Below are positions 29,778 through 38,633 of a DNA stretch of 64,000 nucleotides, piece by piece. The notes under the pieces are model-generated. The model did no database searches and was not told the origin of the DNA. It was given only the letters and a program-made list of their open reading frames with translations. Numbering within the stretch: the first letter of the stretch is position 1; each line of letters begins with the position of its first letter. This DNA is from an uncultured Eubacterium sp. GTDB taxonomy: Bacteria; Bacillota; Clostridia; Lachnospirales; Lachnospiraceae. The translations under genes were made by a program, and so were the position numbers. The stretch spans positions 207,849 through 271,848 of the forward strand of contig CAQOJF010000001.1 of assembly GCA_948848225.1 (NCBI GenBank), read 5' to 3'.

Positions 29778-30179
29778 CTATTCCTCACCCTTTCTCTTGT
29801 TTTCCTCCAGAAGCGCTTCCAGTTCTCCGATCTGCTCCGCAGTCAGGGTGCCGCTCTGCAATAGCGATGCGATCGCCCCTGTCTGGCTTCCGGCAAAATA
29901 GCATTCTACAAACCGCCTGCTCTTTTCCCTTCTGCACTCTGCCCTGCTCTTCCTGGAAAAATAGTGGTACACCCTTGCATCCTTGTCATCTACTATGTAA
30001 TCAACCAGTTCCTTCTGACACAATCGGTTGAGAAGAACCCGAACCATTCTGGAAGTCATTTTCCCGTGTTCTCCCAAACGTTTAATAATCTCAGAAGATG
30101 GAAGAGGTGCCCCACTCTCCCAAAGCACTTCCATCACCCGCCATTCACTGTCACTTGGTATCTTATCCTCTTTAGACAT
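29778..30179 (-). CDS. BlaI/MecI/CopY family repressor
   Basis: SDSEWRVMEVLWE...VRVLLNRLCQKELV...FVECYFAGS...LTAEQIGEL. Confidence 0.93.
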   Translation of the reverse strand: MSKEDKIPSDSEWRVMEVLWESGAPLPSSEIIKRLGEHGKMTSRMVRVLLNRLCQKELVDYIVDDKDARVYHYFSRKSRAECRREKSRRFVECYFAGSQTGAIASLLQSGTLTAEQIGELEALLEENKRKGEE

Positions 30180-30220
30180 CTGAATCCTCCTGTTATTCTC
30201 TTTCTATGGTGTCACTTTAT

Positions 30221-30257
30221 ATATCGGATAACAATCGTTAATTATTAACGATTGTTA
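30221..30257 (-). promoter_or_regulatory. BlaI-type operator palindrome overlapping a sigma28-like promoter
   Basis: TAACAATCGTTAAT-T-ATTAACGATTGTTA (30229-30257); minus-strand TAAT-N15-TCCGATAT (30247-30221). Confidence 0.7.
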
Positions 30258-30305
30258 ATTTAATATTTCCAAAACTTTTTATACCTGTTGCCACCCTGGC
30301 TGTTT

Positions 30306-30341
30306 AAAAGAGGCCAGTAGCTCTCTCTACTGACCTCTTTT
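30306..30341. terminator. Terminator downstream of the GH115 gene
   Basis: AAAAGAGGCCAGTAG / CTACTGACCTCTTTT. Confidence 0.75.
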
Positions 30342-30446
30342 TATCTTATAAAAAAATTCTTGATTTGCGGAGCAAAAGAATGGCCGAAGACAATTCTTTA
30401 GAGGTACGCGGTTTTCAGCCGCACCTTTTTTATAACCCCTGTTCTC

Positions 30447-33400
30447 CTACTTTTTCCCTATATAATAGCTTTCTTCCGGTCCCAGATGAGACGCTGCTAC
30501 AGGCGCTTCGGATACCACTAATTTCTGTAAGACAAATGCCGGATCCATAGCATAGATACGGATCGTATTAACTCCGGCATTTAATACCACCTCGCTCTGG
30601 GTCTTTCTGCCGTTTGCCTCAACATCCTTTGCCCATGATCCACTGTACTCACCTGCCTTGAAGGTAGCCGGATCCACCGTATTGAGCTTTTCTGCTTTTC
30701 CTCCATTTACAGATACTCCATAATAGATTCCCACGTCTTCACGCAACAGATTATTGGATGGTGCCGTATAGGAAGTCAGCTGATAAGTACCTGCCTTCTC
30801 CACAGAAACAAGGTATTCCACCCAGGCTGCATCTTCTGGAACAGAAGCCGTTTTTACATCCGTTGGTAAAACTTTTAAGGACTCTCCTGTTTTTCCATAT
30901 TTATGAATGACAGAGATCTCCGTTCCGTTGGTTCCCTTGCCGCTCTGGCTGAAATGCCCTGGCAGAATCGACGCGTATCCATTGGCATAAATAAACGTAT
31001 TTGCTGCCAGTCCATCCGTATTGATCTTTCTCGTCTTCACCTGAATCGTTACAATCTGAGTACCGCTCTGGATCTGAACCGTTCCTTCAGCCTCTGGATT
31101 TTTACTCCAGTCAATAGACACTTGAATGTTATCCTGCATTTCCACCTGTCCGGATTTCTTGGATACCTGAATCCAGTCAGCGGAGGTCTTAACCGAATAA
31201 TCCAGTGGATTTTCTCCCATATTCGCTAAAGTAACTGTATAGGTTTCCTCTCCAGTACTGGTAAATTCATCCAGCTGACATTCTCCCTCCCGGTAAGCTT
31301 CTGCCTGATTTTCAAGGGTGACAGAAAGCCCCGTTTGATCCGGTTCCCTCAGCCACTTTGCTGTCGGATATTTCCAACCATCAGAATTCCACGTAACATA
31401 ACCTACATGTGGAGAACTCATCATGTTTTTCCACTTATCTCCCACACCTGGCATATTGTTATTGTATGTGTTCTGCAGATCTTTATCCTGTTGGATGGAA
31501 TCTTCCACAAGTGCTGCGTAAAGATTTGCATTCATGCTGCCACGGCTATAAAAATATTGGTTCAATCCTTTGGCAATCTGCATTTTTGCTACTGCCGCCG
31601 CTCCCGCCACAGGGTAATAAACCAGTTCAAAATAGGCTGCCTGATGGCTTTCCGGAATCACTTCCTTATACTCTTCTGCCAGCTGCTCCATCTTCTGGAC
31701 ACGGTCCAGCACTCTCACCGCTTCGTTGTAATTGGAAGCATTATACGTATTCGCACTTATTACTTCCGGTTTACAGGAGCTATGGAGCCATGTGTATTCC
31801 TGGATCAGAGAACGAAGGTCCTGAATCTGCTGTTCCTCAAGAGAAGAGCCAAACTGCTGTCTTACCCAGCGGTTCATATATTCTTCGGTGCGGTTCAGTC
31901 CATTTTTTCCCCAGGTATCGTAATCATATGCCAAATCCAGGAAATAGGAAATGTTCATTTCCATCGGCTTCAAATCTCCCACATTGACAATCCAGATATC
32001 ATCGATGCCGTGTTCATATGCCATGGTCATCTGTTCCCATACCTTATTGAGTTCCACGGTATTAATCCACTCATATGAAGTCGGTCCCCCATGATAGTCA
32101 AAGTGGTAATACATCCCCCAGCCGCCGGGACGGTTTATCGTCTCCTGGTCAGGAAGGGTACGCATATTACCAAAATTATCATCACAGAGCATAATCGTTA
32201 CATCATCCAGAACATCCCACTTCTTAAGTCCCTCGGCTTTCTCAGTTCCATGCCAGAACTTTTCAACCTCTTTATATACGGTAAGTACCTGTGGTGCCTC
32301 TGACAAGTCATTTTCCTCCAGTATATTCTTCTGAACCGTAATAACCCTTTTCAAAAGATCTATATTTTCCTCGTCGGTTCCGGAAAGTGCGGAATCCGAC
32401 TCTCCACGCATTCCCAGCGTATATACATTTTCAAAAGCCATGTTTCTTTTTACGCCGTCCTGCCAGAATTTTGTAATAGCCTCTCCATTGGCATCAAAAT
32501 CCCATTTATTGCTGTTACCATATTTGCGGTATATTCTCTGCCACTCTACACCGGCACGGCACAGCGGTTCATGATGGGAGGTACCCATTACGATCCCGTA
32601 CTTATCAGCGAGCTCTGCATTGGCAGTCTTGCTGGATTTACCATCCTCACTGAAATTATTGGACCACATCGCAGGCCACAAATAATTTCCCTTGCAGCGC
32701 AGTATTAATTCATATACATGCTTATAAAATTCTTCGTTATAGCCTTTAAATTTTGCATTTACCCATCCTGTCAGGGACGGTGCCTCATCGTTCAGGAAAA
32801 TTCCACGGTATTTTACCGACGGCTCTTTTGAAGTCACATTTAATTCGGAAGCCTCCAAAACAATACTGTCTTTTTTGTCCGGCACGGCATCCGCCCAGAA
32901 AATCCAAGGTGAAACACCGATTAGTTCAGAGATATGATAGAGTCCGTAAATGGTTCCCCGCTTATCGCTGCCCACCACAACAAGTCCTCTTTCGATCCCC
33001 GGTGACGGCTGATCTACGATCTGGATCTTATAAGTCTCCCTCTTGCCCTGAATAGCCGATACATCCAGCTTGCCAGCTGCAATCAGCGAATCGATGACTT
33101 GATTATTTCCAATAGAACCTGCGTAAATTGCAGTCCCCATAATATCGCCAGGATCTGTGACGACATCCGGTCTGCACTCACTGGTTAAAACCTGTTCAAT
33201 ATCGCCGGCAAAAGAATCCGCCACAAGACTTAACCCTTCGTAATCATCCCCTGTATCATCTATGTAGATCGAAACATAGCCAAATCCCTCTGCCAAAGTA
33301 AAAGGTTTCTGTGGCAGCGGAGTTGGATCCGTTACAGGTAGGGCAGAATTTGTAATCTGTGGTGGAATCGCAGTAACTTTGCTGTCATCCGATGGTTTTG

Positions 33401-34022
33401 CCACAGTAATGGTGCAAACCGCCTTAGCTCCCCTTCCATCTGCAGAATAGGCTGTGATTTTGGCGGTCCCTGTCTTTTTCGCTGTCACAACGCCCTTACT
33501 GGTTACTTTGGCAACCGATGTATCCGAACTCTGAAATGTCACCTTCTTCACAGTGGCATTTTTCGGCGATACCGAAGCTTTCAGCTGCAGCTTCTGGCCT
33601 TCCGGAAGAGTCGCATGTTTCTGATTCAGCGCCACCTTCTTTGCCTTTTTAAATGCTTTAAATACAGAAACTGTCACTTTGACACTCTTCTTTGGCTTAG
33701 TCTGGCTGGAAATCGTGATCACCGCTTTTCCTGCCTTCTTCGCTTTGAGCTTTCCCTTTTTGTCTACGGAAACCACCGCTTTTTTACTGGAGCGGCAGGT
33801 TATTTTTTTACTCATTCCCGCTGGTTTCACTTTCACTTTAAGAGAGAATGTCTCTCCTTTTTTCATCCCCAGCGTCTTCACCGCTGGTTTAGACAGCGCA
33901 ATACTTTTTACTGTCTTTTTCGCCGCATGTGCTGCTTCTGGTACAACTACTGCTGTCGCCATGACAACAAGAGCCATAACAGCTGCCAGTACACGCCGCA
34001 GTCTATAACTGTGATATTTCAC
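30447..34022 (-). CDS. Secreted GH115 alpha-glucuronidase-like enzyme with N-terminal Ig-like (Big_2) domains
   Basis: Signal peptide ending AHA; two Lys-rich Ig-like repeats; P/T linker; YRGIFLNDE, YLWPAMW, GTSHHEP, YYHFDYHGGP, NVGDLKP. Confidence 0.9.
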   Translation of the reverse strand: MKYHSYRLRRVLAAVMALVVMATAVVVPEAAHAAKKTVKSIALSKPAVKTLGMKKGETFSLKVKVKPAGMSKKITCRSSKKAVVSVDKKGKLKAKKAGKAVITISSQTKPKKSVKVTVSVFKAFKKAKKVALNQKHATLPEGQKLQLKASVSPKNATVKKVTFQSSDTSVAKVTSKGVVTAKKTGTAKITAYSADGRGAKAVCTITVAKPSDDSKVTAIPPQITNSALPVTDPTPLPQKPFTLAEGFGYVSIYIDDTGDDYEGLSLVADSFAGDIEQVLTSECRPDVVTDPGDIMGTAIYAGSIGNNQVIDSLIAAGKLDVSAIQGKRETYKIQIVDQPSPGIERGLVVVGSDKRGTIYGLYHISELIGVSPWIFWADAVPDKKDSIVLEASELNVTSKEPSVKYRGIFLNDEAPSLTGWVNAKFKGYNEEFYKHVYELILRCKGNYLWPAMWSNNFSEDGKSSKTANAELADKYGIVMGTSHHEPLCRAGVEWQRIYRKYGNSNKWDFDANGEAITKFWQDGVKRNMAFENVYTLGMRGESDSALSGTDEENIDLLKRVITVQKNILEENDLSEAPQVLTVYKEVEKFWHGTEKAEGLKKWDVLDDVTIMLCDDNFGNMRTLPDQETINRPGGWGMYYHFDYHGGPTSYEWINTVELNKVWEQMTMAYEHGIDDIWIVNVGDLKPMEMNISYFLDLAYDYDTWGKNGLNRTEEYMNRWVRQQFGSSLEEQQIQDLRSLIQEYTWLHSSCKPEVISANTYNASNYNEAVRVLDRVQKMEQLAEEYKEVIPESHQAAYFELVYYPVAGAAAVAKMQIAKGLNQYFYSRGSMNANLYAALVEDSIQQDKDLQNTYNNNMPGVGDKWKNMMSSPHVGYVTWNSDGWKYPTAKWLREPDQTGLSVTLENQAEAYREGECQLDEFTSTGEETYTVTLANMGENPLDYSVKTSADWIQVSKKSGQVEMQDNIQVSIDWSKNPEAEGTVQIQSGTQIVTIQVKTRKINTDGLAANTFIYANGYASILPGHFSQSGKGTNGTEISVIHKYGKTGESLKVLPTDVKTASVPEDAAWVEYLVSVEKAGTYQLTSYTAPSNNLLREDVGIYYGVSVNGGKAEKLNTVDPATFKAGEYSGSWAKDVEANGRKTQSEVVLNAGVNTIRIYAMDPAFVLQKLVVSEAPVAASHLGPEESYYIGKK

Positions 34023-34075
34023 AAAATCATCTCCTTCTTTTTTTATTTATTGTACAATATTCACAAGTAAATCAC

Positions 34076-34109
34076 GATTGCATATATTTGAAAAGTGATT
34101 GCAAATATT
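34076..34109 (-). promoter_or_regulatory. 21-bp-period direct repeat upstream of GH115 (candidate activator site)
   Basis: GATTGCATATATT (34076) and GATTGCAAATATT (34097), upstream of a minus-strand TACAAT -10. Confidence 0.5.
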
Positions 34110-34127
34110 GGTCTTTTATTTTAAAGC

Positions 34128-35609
34128 TTATAGCCTTTTTTCCAGTGCAGCCACCACTGTCTCCAGCACTTTGATCCTGGCGTAATACTTGGAGTTGGCC
34201 TCTACCACGATCCATGGTGCATCTTCCGTGGAGGTACGGACGATCATTTCGTCCACGGCTTTTTCGTATAGATCCCATTTTGCCCGGTTGCGCCAGTCCT
34301 CGTCGGTGATCTTCCACTGCTTCTCCGGTGTGTTTTCCCTCTCCCGGAATCTTCGCTCCTGTTCCTCCTTGTCGATATGAAGCCAGAACTTCAGTACAAT
34401 ATAACCGGCATTCGTAAACTGCTCTTCCATATTATTGATCTCGCTGTAGGCACGGCTCCATTCCTGCTCCCGGGCAAATCCCTCTATGCGTTCCACCAGA
34501 ACCCTGCCATACCAGGTACGGTCAAAGATCGCCATGTGTCCAGCTTTGGGAATCCGCTCCCAGAATCTCCACAGATAATGATGTGCTTTTTCAATATCGT
34601 TGGGAGCCGCCACAGGAACTACTTCATAGCCTCTTGGATCCATCGCCTGGGTGAGACGCTTGATAGCTCCGCCCTTCCCTCCGGCATCCCAGCCCTCAAA
34701 GGCAAGAATAACCGGAACCCTTTTCAGATACATTTTGTTGTGAAGGGCAAGAAGACGCTTCTGCAGTTCTTTTTTCTTCTTCTTATACTCTTCCTGTTCC
34801 ATGGTCTTACTCAGATCAATTCCCTGCAGTACACCATTTCGGAATCTCTCTACATCGGGCATTGTCCCATGGTCCCCGGCGCCTTTTTTATCAGCAGCTT
34901 TATTATCAGCTTCTATAGAAAGAGATTCTTCTACCTCTCTCACCGCCCGTTCCATTTTTTCTACCATTGTAGTAATTATTTTGCAGGCAGCATACTGTTT
35001 ATCTGTCGCTTCCACCACAGTCCAGGGGGCTTTCGCCGTATCGGTATGAACCAGAACCCGGTCGTACTCTTTCAGGCATTTTTCATAATTTTTATTGTTT
35101 ACTTTATCTTTTTCTGTAACTCTCCAGCTGGTCTCATGGTTTTTTTCCAGTTTCTCCAGTCTCTTTTTCTGCTCCTGCCTGGAGATCATCAGGAAGAACT
35201 TAATGATCAGACATCCGTCCTCTGTCAGCATTTCCTCAAAATCCAGTACTTCCTTTTCTGAAATAATTTTCTCGTACACTCCCTTATACCAGCTCTGGTC
35301 AAAGATATGCATCCTTCCCTTCTCCGGTGTCTTTGTGAAATACCGCCAGAAATAGGGGCGCATCACTTCATCTTCCTTATCCCTGCCCACGGTAAACACC
35401 TTAAAACCGCGGGGATCCAAAGACTGGATCATACGGTTTATCATCGTTCCCTTTCCCGCCGCATCCAATCCCTCAAACACGACCATGACTGGAATCTGTT
35501 TCTCCTTACACGCCCGCTGCAGCTCCCCAAACCGCACCTCCAGCTGATCCATCTTAGCATCGTATTCTTTCTTTTGCATTGACTTATTCACATCAATCTG
35601 CCCCAACAT
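34128..35609 (-). CDS. pap: Polyphosphate:AMP phosphotransferase (tandem PPK2 domains)
   Basis: Two PPK2 domains: EGLDAAGKG/FDQSWY and EGWDAGGKGG/FDRTWYGRVLVER; GGAGG before ATG 35609. Confidence 0.9.
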   Translation of the reverse strand: MLGQIDVNKSMQKKEYDAKMDQLEVRFGELQRACKEKQIPVMVVFEGLDAAGKGTMINRMIQSLDPRGFKVFTVGRDKEDEVMRPYFWRYFTKTPEKGRMHIFDQSWYKGVYEKIISEKEVLDFEEMLTEDGCLIIKFFLMISRQEQKKRLEKLEKNHETSWRVTEKDKVNNKNYEKCLKEYDRVLVHTDTAKAPWTVVEATDKQYAACKIITTMVEKMERAVREVEESLSIEADNKAADKKGAGDHGTMPDVERFRNGVLQGIDLSKTMEQEEYKKKKKELQKRLLALHNKMYLKRVPVILAFEGWDAGGKGGAIKRLTQAMDPRGYEVVPVAAPNDIEKAHHYLWRFWERIPKAGHMAIFDRTWYGRVLVERIEGFAREQEWSRAYSEINNMEEQFTNAGYIVLKFWLHIDKEEQERRFRERENTPEKQWKITDEDWRNRAKWDLYEKAVDEMIVRTSTEDAPWIVVEANSKYYARIKVLETVVAALEKRL

Positions 35610-35809
35610 AACGGTCAACCTCCAATCCACATAAATCATAGGAAACGGCAATATTTTTCCATTACCTATGCCCTAACACTTCTATCTTCTATTATAAATC
35701 ATAAATTCATTTTTTCATACTGTTTTCGTAAGAAACAATATAACTTTTTTCAACCTTTTTATAGTTCCACGGCGTCTATGTATGAGTTCATCCGTATTAT
35801 TGTTTGTCT

Positions 35810-35958
35810 AATCCTCCATTGAATGTTAAACTTGATGCAATTAGGCGTTGCTTTCAACACGGAGAGAATATAAAATATGTATCAGAAGATATTGGTTATA
35901 GCAGAGCCATATTTATCAATGGCGAAAGCGTTATCTAAAGGAAGGTACATTAGGTCTG
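35810..35958 (+). pseudogene. Frameshifted IS3-family transposase (OrfA HTH) fragment
   Basis: NPPLNVKLDAIRRCFQHGENIKYVSEDIGYSRA / 1-nt deletion / IYQWRKRYLKEGTLGL; no start and no TIR. Confidence 0.75.
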
Positions 35959-35976
35959 GCAAAAGGAGATAACACG

Positions 35977-37986
35977 ATGAAGATAACAACATCTGACAAC
36001 GGACTACTGGTAAGGCATCAGGGCGAGACCCTTCTCATCCAGCCCTGGGGAGAAAATGCATTTCGGGTGCGCGCCACCAGATATGCCGAATTTACTGGAA
36101 ACAATTATGCCCTGGAGGAAGATATCCCGGTGGTAAAAAGGCGGGCGGACAGCTGCATTAACCCGGAGGGGAATGCAGCAGAAATCACCAACGGCCGCTT
36201 GAAGATCACGGTAAATCCCAGCGGTGTGCTGCGCTTCTTCCGGGATGGAACGCAGTTCCTGCAAGAGTATCACCGCAACTACGACGGCTCTGTCTCACAG
36301 GAAAGCATCTGCATGAAACTTGTGGGCAGGCATTATCAGCCCATCGTGGGAGGACATTATAAACTGACCCTGCGGTTTGAGAGCAGCGATGGAGAACAGT
36401 TTTTCGGCATGGGACAGTATCAGCAGCCCTATCTGGATTTGAAGGGCTGCACGCTGGAACTGGCTCAGAGAAACTCCCAGGTTTCCGTCCCCTTTGCCAT
36501 CTCCAGCCTGGGCTATGGCTTCCTGTGGAACCATCCCGGCGTGGGCACCGCCACATTCGCCAAGAATTATACCGAATGGAGGGCAGAGGCGGCCCAGGAG
36601 ATGGATTACTGGATTACCGTGGATGACTATCCCGCCGACATAGTAAAGAATTTCACCGAGGTGGTAGGCCGGGCGCCCATGCTGCCGGAAGGGTTGCTGG
36701 GACTGTGGCAGTGCAAGCTACGCTACCGCACCCAGGAAGAGGTACTGGAAGTGGCCAGGGAATATAAAAGACGAGGAATCAAGCTGGATGTGATCATTAT
36801 CGACTTCTTCCACTGGACCAGGCAGGGAGATTGGCATTTTGACCCGGTTTACTGGCCGGACCCCAAGGCCATGTGCGACGAGCTGCACACAATGGGCACC
36901 AAGGTGGTGGTATCTGTCTGGCCCAATGTGGACCGAAAGAGTGAGAACTTCCAGGAACTATTCGACAGGGGACTGCTGATCCGAACAGAGCATGGCAGCC
37001 TGCAGACCTATGATTTCCAGGGGGACTGCCTCCACATCGACGTGACTAATCCGGAAGCCCAGAAGTTCCTATGGGAAACCTGCAAAAAGAATTATAAGGA
37101 TATGGGCATTGATATGTTCTGGCTGGACAATTGCGAGCCTGATTTCGGCGTGTACGATTACGCCAATTACCGCTACTATATGGGAACCGGACTGGAGGTC
37201 AGCAACATCTATCCCAAGATGATTGCGAAAACCTTTTACGAGGGATATCAAAAGGAAGGCATGGAAGCCTGCTGTTGCAGCCTGCTTCGGTGCGGATGGG
37301 TGGGAAGCCAGAAATATGGCGCCCTGCTCTGGTCCGGCGACGTGAACAGCACCTTTGAATCCCTGCGGGACCAGGTGGCTGCCGGTCTGAATATGGGTCT
37401 GGCGGGAATTCCTTGGTGGAATACGGATATTGGCGGATTCATGACAAATGATGTCAAAGACCCCGTTTTCCACGAGTTGCTGATCCGCTGGTTTGAATAC
37501 GCCGTATTCACCCCCATCCTCAGGATGCATGGAGACCGGGGGCCTCACGACATTGAGCCTCTGTCCGATCTGGAATGGGGCGGCGGATATCTGTATACTG
37601 GGCATCCCAATGAAATGTGGAGTTATGGGGAAGATGTATTCCAGATACTAAAAACACATCTATCCCTTCGTCAGGACATGAAGCCATATCTGGAAGGGCT
37701 GATGAGGGAGGCCTCCGAGACTGGCGCGCCTTTGTTGCGAACCATGTTCTACGAATTTCCCGAAGATAAGAATTGCTGGAAATTGGAGGATCAGTACATG
37801 TTTGGAGAAAAATACCTGGTAGCCCCTATTCTGGAGGCTGGTGTAAGGGAACGGAAGGTATACCTGCCCGCCGGCACCTGGAAGAACATCCACGAAAATG
37901 AAACGCTGGAGGGCGGACAGCAGATTGACGCACAGGCCCCTCTGGAATACATCCCTGTATTTGAGAGAATTTCCTTATTTCATTAA
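35977..37986 (+). CDS. GH31 glycoside hydrolase (alpha-xylosidase-like)
   Basis: GMGQYQ, GLWQCKLRY, IIDFFHW, WLDNCEPD nucleophile, WSGDV, TDIGGF, RMHG. Confidence 0.92.
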   Translation: MKITTSDNGLLVRHQGETLLIQPWGENAFRVRATRYAEFTGNNYALEEDIPVVKRRADSCINPEGNAAEITNGRLKITVNPSGVLRFFRDGTQFLQEYHRNYDGSVSQESICMKLVGRHYQPIVGGHYKLTLRFESSDGEQFFGMGQYQQPYLDLKGCTLELAQRNSQVSVPFAISSLGYGFLWNHPGVGTATFAKNYTEWRAEAAQEMDYWITVDDYPADIVKNFTEVVGRAPMLPEGLLGLWQCKLRYRTQEEVLEVAREYKRRGIKLDVIIIDFFHWTRQGDWHFDPVYWPDPKAMCDELHTMGTKVVVSVWPNVDRKSENFQELFDRGLLIRTEHGSLQTYDFQGDCLHIDVTNPEAQKFLWETCKKNYKDMGIDMFWLDNCEPDFGVYDYANYRYYMGTGLEVSNIYPKMIAKTFYEGYQKEGMEACCCSLLRCGWVGSQKYGALLWSGDVNSTFESLRDQVAAGLNMGLAGIPWWNTDIGGFMTNDVKDPVFHELLIRWFEYAVFTPILRMHGDRGPHDIEPLSDLEWGGGYLYTGHPNEMWSYGEDVFQILKTHLSLRQDMKPYLEGLMREASETGAPLLRTMFYEFPEDKNCWKLEDQYMFGEKYLVAPILEAGVRERKVYLPAGTWKNIHENETLEGGQQIDAQAPLEYIPVFERISLFH

Positions 37987-38013
37987 TTACTTTTACAAGG
38001 AGAACTTAGAAAA

Positions 38014-38298
38014 GTGAACATACAAGAATTTAATACCGTTGGTTATTTTATTAAACACTATTTTAATTGGTCTATGAATTATTCTGACTTAGAATCTTGT
38101 ATTGAAGATTTTTTAATGAGAGAAAAAAAGGAAGATATAAAATGCTTCAAAAAAGAAATAGAAACATTGTATATGTTAAATGATTCAGAGGTTATTAGAG
38201 AAGTATCTTATAAACTCGGAGATAGAGGAATACCGACTAATAAAGCTTTAGATATGATAGCGTTATTATATATGAAAATATTCGAAGATAAAAAATAA
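38014..38298 (+). CDS. Orphan CdiI-like immunity protein
   Basis: 94 aa, very AT-rich, AAGGAG RBS; YF..YF.W...DLE..IEDFL..E..E....F..EI..L pattern. Confidence 0.55.
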   Translation: MNIQEFNTVGYFIKHYFNWSMNYSDLESCIEDFLMREKKEDIKCFKKEIETLYMLNDSEVIREVSYKLGDRGIPTNKALDMIALLYMKIFEDKK

Positions 38299-38359
38299 AC
38301 CAGCTTCCAGTATATCAAGTAATTCAAAAAAGGCAGCCGCCCCGAGTCTGTGAAACTTT

Positions 38360-38569
38360 GGACCTGTTGACAAATGAAAGAAAAAATGATCCCCCATATG
38401 GTATAATTATTATATTAATTTAGGGAGGTATGCCTCTTATCGGCAACAGCATTGAACCTGAAAAGACTGGTAAAAGAGGTGTGAATAACCGGATTTACCA
38501 GCCTTTTTATTCAATCTCAGAAGAAAGATATATAAGCAGACCTGAAAGAATGAGTTTGTCAACAGGTCC
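38360..38569 (+). mobile_element. 210-bp MITE, internal-deletion derivative of an IS1182-like element
   Basis: Perfect 15-bp TIRs GGACCTGTTGACAAA / TTTGTCAACAGGTCC; TATAAT + GGAGG + ATG joined to the C-terminal remnant CLLSATALNLKRLVKEV*. Confidence 0.85.
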
Positions 38570-38633
38570 TCTTCTTCACACACTCCCAAGACAACAATTC
38601 TGCTACCGTGTTTGAATCCCGTTCAATTTTCAA

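Noticed and set aside
30280..30432. Possible riboswitch or sRNA between GH115 and blaI (several hairpins, ACAGCCAG segment)
   Set aside because: No c-di-GMP-I core arrangement recognisable; the stems are explained as terminators
35877..35972. 31-aa ORF MYQKILVIAEPYLSMAKAL with a Toprim-like look
   Set aside because: Alternative frame of the IS3 relic, which explains the sequence better
38430..38615. 61-aa plus-strand ORF
   Set aside because: Chimeric by-product of the MITE deletion junction
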